The position numbers and the translations under genes were made by a program. A DNA stretch of 31,853 nt from a virus (lineage: Duplodnaviria; Caudoviricetes): positions 1-31,853 of the IMG/VR virus record IMGVR_UViG_3300031589_000012; one strand, given 5' to 3'. The notes beneath the pieces were generated by a model. It made no database searches, was not told the origin of the DNA, and saw nothing but the letters and a program-made list of their open reading frames with translations. The first letter of the stretch is position 1, and the number at the start of each line of letters is the position of its first letter. This document shows positions 24,350 through 31,853 of the stretch, in pieces.

Positions 24350-25501
24350 TTAATTATTTTTACTACTTCTAATTTTGAGTCCTCTTCCATGCTCATTACG
24401 ATTATTAGTAGTCACAGGGCGTATTTTCATTCCATCTTTTGAAACAGTTTGAGATTGTTGTCTAAGATCCATATTAATGTTTTTAGATTTTCTTGAAACA
24501 TCATCTACAGCGTTAGCTACACCTTGATCATAAAAATATTGAGCAAATTTATCAGGATTCATCGCTACCGATAAAGCCTTATGATAACCTACAGCGTCTT
24601 TAATTAATCCACTTTCATCTAAATATTTGCCGATAAAATTACCAACATTAGATTGAACATTTTTTAATTCTTCCGCAGTCCCTGGTTTAAAAGTAAGTTT
24701 ATTATCAGACACATTAAAATCAAAACCTTTGAAATCACTGTTAAACACATCATTTGTTCTGTCTGTAAAAAATTTAGCTTTTTTACCGTTTGCCTCTTCT
24801 AAACTTTTAGATTCCTCTATATAACTTTTATAAGCATTAATGTTTTTTTCTTGATCTTCAGATAATGCACCCCCACTTGACTCAAGAGGAATGTTGTACT
24901 TATCTTTCTGTTCATTTAAAAACTTCTTTGCCTTAGAAAGTTCACGTTTTTTAGCTAATTTTACCTTCTTAATTTCTCTTGGTTCATCCAGGTCTTCGTC
25001 AAAACTGAATTTATCCTCAATAATATCTTGAATATCTATTTCATCTAAACCTTCTTCAGTTGATGAATAGTAATTAGCCAGTACAGCATCATCATCCATA
25101 GAATCAAAATCCTTTTGTAAATTATAAAAGTCTTCAATTCCACGACCTGTTTCTTGCTTGTACTTAAAATACGCTGACACATCATCTGGTAAATCTACAT
25201 TTGCCTCTTTTTCCGCAAATAATTCATCAACAGATTCAATATCTTTGTCGTATCTATCTTTTATATATGAAAGAACATCTCTGTCATTTATCTCTGACGG
25301 TGTGTTTACTTCAACTTTTTCTTCAACTTTTTCTTCAACTTTTTCTTCGGTTGAATTAATATTAGATAAATTAATTTTATCTATTCCAGTTTCTTTATTT
25401 GCTGAATCGTCAAATTTTTCTTCATGTGCTTTTAGTAAATCATTCTCTACTTCAACACGAGACTTCTCTTCTTTTGTTACTTCTTTTACTTTAAATTCCA
25501 T
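24350..25501 (-). CDS. Capsid scaffolding protein, 383 aa
   Basis: Very acidic and helical, between portal and capsid genes, with a basic C-terminal tail. Confidence 0.7.
   Translation of the reverse strand: MEFKVKEVTKEEKSRVEVENDLLKAHEEKFDDSANKETGIDKINLSNINSTEEKVEEKVEEKVEVNTPSEINDRDVLSYIKDRYDKDIESVDELFAEKEANVDLPDDVSAYFKYKQETGRGIEDFYNLQKDFDSMDDDAVLANYYSSTEEGLDEIDIQDIIEDKFSFDEDLDEPREIKKVKLAKKRELSKAKKFLNEQKDKYNIPLESSGGALSEDQEKNINAYKSYIEESKSLEEANGKKAKFFTDRTNDVFNSDFKGFDFNVSDNKLTFKPGTAEELKNVQSNVGNFIGKYLDESGLIKDAVGYHKALSVAMNPDKFAQYFYDQGVANAVDDVSRKSKNINMDLRQQSQTVSKDGMKIRPVTTNNRNEHGRGLKIRSSKNN
25310..25345 (+). repeat. Three perfect 12-bp tandem repeats (TTCAACTTTTTC), encoding EKVE repeats in the scaffold linker
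   Basis: Read directly at 25310-25321, 25322-25333 and 25334-25345. Confidence 0.9.
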
Positions 25502-25517
25502 TTGATTTTATTTTTAA

Positions 25518-25525
25518 CAAAGTTA
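25518..25525 (-). promoter_or_regulatory. Bacteroidota -7 element TAACTTTG upstream of scaffold and capsid genes
   Basis: Intergenic; 16 nt upstream of ATG 25501. Confidence 0.65.
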
Positions 25526-25554
25526 ATACTAATTTAATTATAATTTTAAGTAGT

Positions 25555-27990
25555 TTATCTTGGATTAAATTCCGCAAAATCAAACCCATCTAAACTATCT
25601 TCATTAGATTCAAAATTAATAGAAGGTAGATTACGTTTTCTTTGTTCTATCATTCTTGATTGATTAGATGATTGATTATTTAATCTATCAGCTTTATTTG
25701 TTTCTCTACTTTTTTCTCTGTCTTCTAATTGAGATTGCTCAACACCTTGTAATTGCATTTGGTAGTTAAATTCTACCTCCATTAATTTAGTTTTTAACTG
25801 AGCCTCCATTTGCATTTTTTGAATTTGCATTTGATTTTGAGCAGTCATTGTTTCCATTTTAGCCGCAGAAGTGGCTTGAGCTATTTGCATTTGTTGTTGA
25901 GCAGCAGCTTCTTGTGCTTGCATTTGTTGTTGCGACTGCATCTCTTGCTGTTGCATTTGCATTTGCTGTTCTCTTTCTTCTTTTTGCTTACGTTTTAATT
26001 TTAATAGCTGATTTGCCATTTTTAAATTATGAATCTCTCTGATATCAATCGCGTCCTCTAAACTTATATTCTTCTGAGATAAAGCCATTTGAATGTTTTG
26101 TTCCAGCATAGCCTTCTCCTCTTCATCTGGAGACATTTCAATAAATATTCCGAAATCATATAAATACAAATCTTTTATTTCATCAATAATTTGCAAATTA
26201 TATTTTCCAATCTGCATAGCAAACTCATCTTTAAAATCAGCATATTCTAATATATCTGCCATTCTTATAGATAAACATTCAGCCAAACTTCTTGTCATAT
26301 ATAGACTCGCTTGTAATATATGCCTTGTAGCTGTATTTGAATTTAATGCAGCTAATTTATTAACCCCTACTAAAGAATTTGGATCAGGACTTGATCCATC
26401 ACGCGCTTCATTTAAGCCTGTTACAGCTCTTATCATATCTAAGTAATGATTATAGTTACCTATAAGCATTTGCATTTTACCTGCTCCACTTGAAGCTGTT
26501 AGCTGAGTAATTGGAACTTTTGCATTGTTAAATTCTCCATCTTGAGTATAGCTCCTACCGATAACACTACCTGTTTGAAAATACAAACGTAATGCGTCTT
26601 CAGGATTATATGCAGCTCCAGTACCTAAGTCAACCTCATTTAAACCATCAGCATCAATAAACACTCCATCAGGAACTACTCTTGAAACTACTTGTTGTAT
26701 TTTTAAGTGACTCATTTGAATTAAATCTGCAAATGGAATCATTCTACGAACTAAAGATTCTACAGAACCTTTGTACATTCTTGGCGCACACGCTATATAA
26801 TTTGGTCTTGCATATTGATTTGCAGATTTTGGCCTAACCATATTTTCGCTCAATTTCCATTTAAGCATAATGTTAGTACCCATAACCATTACACCATCAT
26901 ACCAAACATCAATTCGTTTAGTTACTTTCTCAAAATTACCCTCATCCATCATTTCTTGTGGAGGATTAAAAGAATCGTCTTTTTCTACAGTCTTAAAACT
27001 ACCATCTGGCATTCTTTTCTTTTTATAAACAAAAGAATGTGTAGACTTATAATTAAAATATAATAATGTAGCAGTATCTTTATTAAACATACTATTATTA
27101 AAAGCTTGCGCTCCATCATAATATTGCGCCCAATCTTGACTGTATTTAGAAATTTCTGATAAATCTGCAAGAGATAAATCTGGATCTATTTTTATTAACT
27201 CCCCAATCGGAACTGTTTTTATTTCACCCCAATAAAAGTTGTCCTTAAAATAAGGATCTTCAGTATAACTATAAACCACATTTGCTGGATCAACATAATC
27301 AATCTTAACTCCAGATCCAGGTAGAAACATATGTTTACACATTCCAATACCTATAACTGTTTGATCGTAATCAACTCGTTTTCTTATATCTTGATAATGA
27401 TTTTCATCTAACAAAGTATTAATACCTACCTCTTGAGCAATCTCAATAGCTGGCTTATATTTCATTTGCATATACAACTCCATCTCTTGATCATTCCCTG
27501 GAAGTTCTTCCTCTGCTACACTAAAAACAGGTACTCCAAAATCTTTTTCTAACTGCTGTAATACAGGAGCTGAAACCATGTCGGCTTGAATCATGTCTTG
27601 AAAAACATTTCTTTTTTCTGCTGACATAGCATCTTGAGCATATGTTTTTATTTTGAATAACCTATCAGACATTCCGTTAACAACTATATCAACAAATTTA
27701 GGAATAATTGGCACTGGAGTCCAGTCTAAGTTTAAGTGACTTAGATCACCATCTACTGAAATTTCATTTTTATATTTAGCAATAGATTGCTCTCCTCTGG
27801 CATAAAGCCTTAATCTATTAAAGTCTGCCCATTGATTATAGAACCTACATGAACCACTATCTCTCCTAAACCACTCATACTGTATTGCTTGTCCTACTTT
27901 CAATCCAAACTCCATTTGACCTTTTACGGAATCCGATTCAAATTGATCAGGAAAAGCAGCAGAGTTAACTTGTATATTTACATCTTTCAT
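25555..27990 (-). CDS. Portal protein, 811 aa
   Basis: Directly after TerL (ATGA overlap); PIIPKFVDIVVNG and VTGLNEARDG motifs; Gln/Met-rich C-terminal coiled-coil barrel as in P22/crAss portals. Confidence 0.88.
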   Translation of the reverse strand: MKDVNIQVNSAAFPDQFESDSVKGQMEFGLKVGQAIQYEWFRRDSGSCRFYNQWADFNRLRLYARGEQSIAKYKNEISVDGDLSHLNLDWTPVPIIPKFVDIVVNGMSDRLFKIKTYAQDAMSAEKRNVFQDMIQADMVSAPVLQQLEKDFGVPVFSVAEEELPGNDQEMELYMQMKYKPAIEIAQEVGINTLLDENHYQDIRKRVDYDQTVIGIGMCKHMFLPGSGVKIDYVDPANVVYSYTEDPYFKDNFYWGEIKTVPIGELIKIDPDLSLADLSEISKYSQDWAQYYDGAQAFNNSMFNKDTATLLYFNYKSTHSFVYKKKRMPDGSFKTVEKDDSFNPPQEMMDEGNFEKVTKRIDVWYDGVMVMGTNIMLKWKLSENMVRPKSANQYARPNYIACAPRMYKGSVESLVRRMIPFADLIQMSHLKIQQVVSRVVPDGVFIDADGLNEVDLGTGAAYNPEDALRLYFQTGSVIGRSYTQDGEFNNAKVPITQLTASSGAGKMQMLIGNYNHYLDMIRAVTGLNEARDGSSPDPNSLVGVNKLAALNSNTATRHILQASLYMTRSLAECLSIRMADILEYADFKDEFAMQIGKYNLQIIDEIKDLYLYDFGIFIEMSPDEEEKAMLEQNIQMALSQKNISLEDAIDIREIHNLKMANQLLKLKRKQKEEREQQMQMQQQEMQSQQQMQAQEAAAQQQMQIAQATSAAKMETMTAQNQMQIQKMQMEAQLKTKLMEVEFNYQMQLQGVEQSQLEDREKSRETNKADRLNNQSSNQSRMIEQRKRNLPSINFESNEDSLDGFDFAEFNPR

Positions 27991-30236
27991 TTGTTAAGTA
28001 ATTGACTAACCGAGGCTGTATTATTATATCTTGCAAAGTTAATGCTTATTTTTGATTTTTCTTTAGCAGGGGTGTACAAGTGCTTTTGATTCGCCATTAT
28101 AGCTAAACCTGAACTAATAGAAGCATCAAACTTGGTTCTGTTATTTATATCAAACTTGGCCCAGTCTTCTAAAGTTCTATGAAAATAACATATACCCATA
28201 TCATCTTTATCTCTATAACTCCCCTCCATATCTAAACCAACATATTTTTCTATGTATGATTCTATTGCAGAAGCGTGTGATTGTTTCACATCTTCACTTG
28301 AGTTGGGAATCCCACCTAATTCTTTTTCAGTTTTAGATAATTTATTAAATGTTTTATCAGGTCTATTTATACTAAAACCTCTGTAACCTCTATTTTTTAA
28401 ATGATACAATAAACGAGGTTTATTGTTTTCACATAATATTGGCATTCCGAAAAACACACAAGCCATAAGTACTTCTTCAAAAAATATTTCAGCAGTTTGA
28501 GGCCGAGCTATATATTCTAAAAAAAACTCATTACTTGGAGCGTTACCCATATTAAACTTTGTTAAGCCATGCAAAGAACCGTTAGATCCTTTTCCAACTA
28601 CAACTCCTGAAATATCATATGAATCACATCCAAATGTACCTAAGTGTTCATTACCTGGATATCGCTTTCCATTTTTAGTAATAACATTGTTTTGTAATGC
28701 CTTTTCTGGTAACCAAGATACAAAAAATCTTCCTCTTTTATTTGGTGACCAAATTACCCTTGTATCTTTAATTCCATTTTCCCAAGAAAAAGATCCTTGA
28801 GTAACATATCTGTCTATTATTAAAGAATCGTTGTAGTCTATTTGTTGATATATTTTAGTAAGATTAAATATTGACTGCTTACTTTCATCTCTAAATGCGT
28901 GAGACTCAGTTCTTGGAAACTGTCTATAAAATTCATTCAATGCATCTGGATCATTAGATAAAGAATCCACTTCGTTTTGCCAATAATTAATAGCTCCTTG
29001 ATTTATCATTTCACCATCTATTCCCTTTATAGGCTTTTCAGGAGTTTCAAAAACAGGCATTCCATACATATCAATAAATCCTTCCATATTCCATTCCATA
29101 GGAATAAACAGACTATACAATCCGCTTTTTGTTTGTCCGTTTGAGTTACGTTTAGTAACATCAGAGTCGTAATATAATTTTTTAAAATTAGATCCACCTT
29201 TATCTAATGCGTTTGATGTTGAACCCATCATGCATTTCCCAATAACCTTACTACCTAAACGTAAACACGTTTTCGTAACTCGCCAGTTGTTTAAGATATT
29301 GTCTGGTCGCTCCCATTTACCACTTTCATCATGAACTAATAATTTTAATTTTTCACCATCATAACTATTATCTCCTGTATTCTTCCAGTCAATTGTTGTA
29401 TCTAAACCTTCAAGCTCTTGATCTTCATTTAAATACATATTTTTTTTAGTAATCTTAGAAGCTGGAACTCTAAAAGCTAATTCAGTTTTTGGTTTATCCA
29501 TACCATCCTGAATAGGTTTAAAAAAGAAAGGATAATTATTTGATATAGGGACAACCTTATCGGTAAACATTTTTTTTGCGTCAGAACCAGTTTTAGACAA
29601 TATACCTATCCTTGCGTCTTTTGTAATCGTGCCTATATTTGCACACTCCTCGGAAGCCATAAACGAAAAACCTGAACGTCTAATTTTTAAATAATCATTA
29701 CCAAAACTTCTTTTATCGGCCTTGCAAGCTTCCCAATGTATATAAAAAATTCTATTTGCTTCCCTAAAGTCAGGTAGACCAACATCAATTTTAGTATGCT
29801 GTATGTACATCCAGTGAGAACCAGTTATGTATGTAGGTTTCCCATTATTCATAAACCAATAACCTTGTTCTCTATAATCAAATTGACTTTCTATGTAATC
29901 AACCCACTCATTTTTAAAACTTGCAGGAGCATCATGCCATTGAAAAATAGACTTTATTTTTTTTAAAGGTTTTGGTATTTCTTGAGGAGACCAGTGTTGT
30001 TCGTCTTTTTTTTCAGACCTCTTATATACTTCTTTAGATATTTTAGGAAGAGCAATGTTTAATCCTTGTATGTTTATTATTTGATCAATTTGACCTGTGC
30101 GTGAAATAACAACAAAATTATATTTTTCATTATAACCATAAGACCATGATTTAGCTTTGTTTTTTATAGACAAAACATTTTTTGGAACTATGTTAATAAG
30201 CTCAATATATAGTTTATTTTGACTTTCTTTCTGCAA
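27987..30236 (-). CDS. terL: Terminase large subunit, 749 aa (TTG start)
   Basis: Walker A-like LKIRRSGFS, Walker B LLVHDESGKW, coupling motif GSTSN, RNase H-like nuclease FGCDSYD...CENN...FDASI. Confidence 0.92.
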   Translation of the reverse strand: MQKESQNKLYIELINIVPKNVLSIKNKAKSWSYGYNEKYNFVVISRTGQIDQIINIQGLNIALPKISKEVYKRSEKKDEQHWSPQEIPKPLKKIKSIFQWHDAPASFKNEWVDYIESQFDYREQGYWFMNNGKPTYITGSHWMYIQHTKIDVGLPDFREANRIFYIHWEACKADKRSFGNDYLKIRRSGFSFMASEECANIGTITKDARIGILSKTGSDAKKMFTDKVVPISNNYPFFFKPIQDGMDKPKTELAFRVPASKITKKNMYLNEDQELEGLDTTIDWKNTGDNSYDGEKLKLLVHDESGKWERPDNILNNWRVTKTCLRLGSKVIGKCMMGSTSNALDKGGSNFKKLYYDSDVTKRNSNGQTKSGLYSLFIPMEWNMEGFIDMYGMPVFETPEKPIKGIDGEMINQGAINYWQNEVDSLSNDPDALNEFYRQFPRTESHAFRDESKQSIFNLTKIYQQIDYNDSLIIDRYVTQGSFSWENGIKDTRVIWSPNKRGRFFVSWLPEKALQNNVITKNGKRYPGNEHLGTFGCDSYDISGVVVGKGSNGSLHGLTKFNMGNAPSNEFFLEYIARPQTAEIFFEEVLMACVFFGMPILCENNKPRLLYHLKNRGYRGFSINRPDKTFNKLSKTEKELGGIPNSSEDVKQSHASAIESYIEKYVGLDMEGSYRDKDDMGICYFHRTLEDWAKFDINNRTKFDASISSGLAIMANQKHLYTPAKEKSKISINFARYNNTASVSQLLNK
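28034..28041 (-). promoter_or_regulatory. Candidate -7 element TAACTTTG(CA) inside the terL 3' end, upstream of the portal gene
   Basis: Matches TAnnTTTG; 43 nt upstream of the portal ATG. Confidence 0.5.
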
Positions 30237-30489
30237 ATCCCTTTGGTGTGTTATTTACTTTAGTATCAACTCCTTCTAATAAATCTTTTTCTTCTTGTAT
30301 TCTTTTTAATATTTCAAACGAATCAAATATTGCTAATTTTTTTGTTGCCGCTGCGTTTTTTAATTTATCTGCCGCAAGGTCATCTTCACTATCATATTTA
30401 ATAATATCTGCCTTTGCCACTTTAATTAATTGCTGTACAGCTAACTCACCAGCTTTTATAATCTCTCTTTTTATGTTTTTTATATCCAT
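30214..30489 (-). CDS. Putative terminase small subunit, 91 aa
   Basis: Helical protein immediately upstream of and overlapping terL; assignment is positional only. Confidence 0.5.
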   Translation of the reverse strand: MDIKNIKREIIKAGELAVQQLIKVAKADIIKYDSEDDLAADKLKNAAATKKLAIFDSFEILKRIQEEKDLLEGVDTKVNNTPKGFAERKSK

Positions 30490-30574
30490 CTTGATTTCGA
30501 TTATATTTAAGTTTTAGTTTATCTGCTTTATCCTCCCAATCAGATTTTTATTTATTAATATTTTTTTTATTCAT
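30446..30574 (-). pseudogene. Small ORF interrupted by an in-frame TAA (MNKKNINK*KSDWEDKADKLKLKYNRNQDGYKKHKKRDYKSW)
   Basis: ATG coupled to the upstream stop (ATGAATAA); TAA at codon 9 (30550-30548); frame then continues 33 codons to TGA. Confidence 0.35.
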
Positions 30575-31148
30575 AATCAGAAACTTTGTAAAACATTACA
30601 AAAACCTTTCTACCTTCTTCCCAAGATACATTAGGATATTTGCTATGAAAATAACTTGAAGGATATGAAACCAATCTATTTTCTTCATAACCAACAACCG
30701 TACTTAATCTCCATCTATCTAAATTATTAGCATCTACTTTTATTATTTTATCATAATCAGTATCACTAATATCTTTAGGTAACTCTCTACCATAAACATC
30801 ATGTTCCCATAATGCTGTACCATGCAAATTTTCTTTTTCTCTGGGCGATAAATAAAGAACTAAAGCTCTATCAGGTTTCTCACCTTTAATATTTAAATCA
30901 GAATGAATACGCCAAGAAACGTCTAATTTATCTGTAGCAATTCTAAAAAAACTTAAAATATTTTTAATTTCCTTACCCTCAATAATAGATATTTTTTGTG
31001 TTATGTATTTATCAAACTCTTCATTTGATTGTTGAATATGAAAATCTTTGTTTCCAGCTTCAGTTTTTTTAAACTCATTACTGTCTAAATGTTTATTGGC
31101 TATTTCAAAAAGATTTTTTTGCACAAAATCATCTACAATATATATCAT
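30567..31148 (-). CDS. 2OG-Fe(II) dioxygenase superfamily protein, 193 aa
   Basis: IYIVDDF start, HxD (IHSD), ALVLYLS, GT.LW, NRLVSYPSSYFHS (distal His) and the 2OG-binding Arg in RKVFVMF. Confidence 0.85.
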   Translation of the reverse strand: MIYIVDDFVQKNLFEIANKHLDSNEFKKTEAGNKDFHIQQSNEEFDKYITQKISIIEGKEIKNILSFFRIATDKLDVSWRIHSDLNIKGEKPDRALVLYLSPREKENLHGTALWEHDVYGRELPKDISDTDYDKIIKVDANNLDRWRLSTVVGYEENRLVSYPSSYFHSKYPNVSWEEGRKVFVMFYKVSDYE

Positions 31149-31708
31149 AAAGAAAAAGTTATATTGTTGGTAAACATCCTATAAAGTCTTTCTCCATCAA
31201 CATTAAATTCATATTCACTTTCTGGTTGATAAGAAATCTCATCACCAACTTTTAAACCCATACTTAAAAGCTGATCGTTAATGTATTTAATAGTTCCGAA
31301 CAAAGGTTCTTCTGTAATAGATTTTTTAATAAAAGAATCTTTTGAAGCAGATGGTTTTATAAAACAATATTTATTATAACCTTTCCATTCTTTATTTTGT
31401 TTGTATAAAAAGAATTGATCAGGATCAACAAAAAACAAGTCATCTTTAAAATAACTTTTACCGCTTTTTCTTCGGCCCTGCATATCGTTATAAAACTTAA
31501 ATACATTATGATGAACTAAAAGGGTGTCTCCTTCTTTTACAGGCCCTGAGTAATCTATAGGTGTTGATACTACAACAGCATAACGATTAGACGCGCTATG
31601 GTCTTCTTCTGAAGTACTTATGATAAAATCAGTTTCACCATATTTTTTTGTATTATCGTATCTCTTATTATTATAAGGTTTTACAATAAACGAGTAAGGA
31701 GATTTCAT
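31145..31708 (-). CDS. GroES/Cpn10-like co-chaperonin with two tandem domains, 187 aa
   Basis: Domain 1: FIVKP...AVVVSTP...VKEGDTLLVHH. Domain 2: CFIKP...GTIKY...LKVGDEISY...EFNVDGERLYRM...I. Both follow the GroES strand pattern. Confidence 0.7.
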   Translation of the reverse strand: MKSPYSFIVKPYNNKRYDNTKKYGETDFIISTSEEDHSASNRYAVVVSTPIDYSGPVKEGDTLLVHHNVFKFYNDMQGRRKSGKSYFKDDLFFVDPDQFFLYKQNKEWKGYNKYCFIKPSASKDSFIKKSITEEPLFGTIKYINDQLLSMGLKVGDEISYQPESEYEFNVDGERLYRMFTNNITFSL

Positions 31709-31718
31709 TTTATTTAAT

Positions 31719-31844
31719 TTAGACTAAATTATTTTCAGTTTTTAAAACTGTTTTTTTATCAAATACACTTGGTTTTTCTTTTTCGTCTTTTGACATTTTT
31801 TCCCAAAGTATATCTTTCCAATCTTTTTTAATAATTTTTTTCAT
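31719..31844 (-). CDS. Small hypothetical protein, 41 aa (MKKIIKKDWKDILWEKMSKDEKEKPSVFDKKTVLKTENNLV), not in ORF track
   Basis: ATG follows an upstream TAA by 1 nt; its stop lies 10 nt before the GroES-like start. Confidence 0.55.
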   Translation of the reverse strand: MKKIIKKDWKDILWEKMSKDEKEKPSVFDKKTVLKTENNLV

Positions 31845-31853
31845 ATTAAAAAT

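Larger units (their letters stand above)
1..31853. mobile_element. Bacteriophage genome segment (podovirus-type, probable Bacteroidota/Flavobacteriia host, crAss-like head-module synteny)
   Basis: Terminase-portal-scaffold-capsid-ring-nozzle-ejection gene order, dense coupled ORFs, no cellular housekeeping genes. No integrase or att site is visible, so prophage versus virion origin cannot be decided. Confidence 0.95.

Noticed and set aside
23585-27170. Same-strand alternative-frame ORFs 23585-23824 and 26985-27170 inside the capsid and portal genes
   Set aside because: Q/L/V/I-rich off-frame shadows, without the codon shift seen at the 7081-7239 nested gene.
5259-30517. The many + strand ORFs in the track (e.g. 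5259, 6327, 7245, 9294, 10011, 11007, 12972, 16874, 23872, 25158, 26093, 30248)
   Set aside because: Antisense shadows of long minus-strand genes, with F/S/L/I-rich composition and no credible start context.
1-31853. CRISPR arrays, tRNA/rRNA genes, integrase/att sites, DGR reverse transcriptase, inteins or introns, lysis cassette
   Set aside because: None recognisable by eye. The only perfect tandem repeat noticed is the 12-bp coding repeat in the scaffold gene.

Overview
The whole window is AT-rich bacteriophage DNA. It is most consistent with a short-tailed (podovirus-type) phage of a Bacteroidota/Flavobacteriia host, with a crAss-like head module. The host call rests on A-rich start regions without Shine-Dalgarno sequences and on TAnnTTTG promoter boxes. 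Bases 1-2777 (+) are the end of a replication/early block: SNF2-type helicase, VRR-NUC nuclease, a stand-alone DnaA domain-IV HTH protein and small ORFs. Bases 2774-31853 (-) are the morphogenesis region. In transcription order it holds a tandem GroES-like protein, a 2OG-Fe(II) oxygenase, putative TerS, TerL, portal, scaffold, major capsid, ring/adaptor proteins, a split tail nozzle with Cys-rich inserts, a GNAT-fold protein and three ejection-type proteins (206, 734 and 2283 aa). The most striking observations lie inside the 2283-aa gene and are missing from the supplied ORF track. First, a 52-aa highly basic gene (MPFKSQKQRAWMYKNKPAMAKEWEK...) is nested in the +1 frame of an acidic linker, with a clear dual-coding codon signature. 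Second, an A11 run near the 5' end is followed by about 110 nt in which synonymous codon choices keep both alternative frames open, suggesting programmed slippage or frameshifting. All family assignments come from motif recognition and synteny by eye; no database searches were run.
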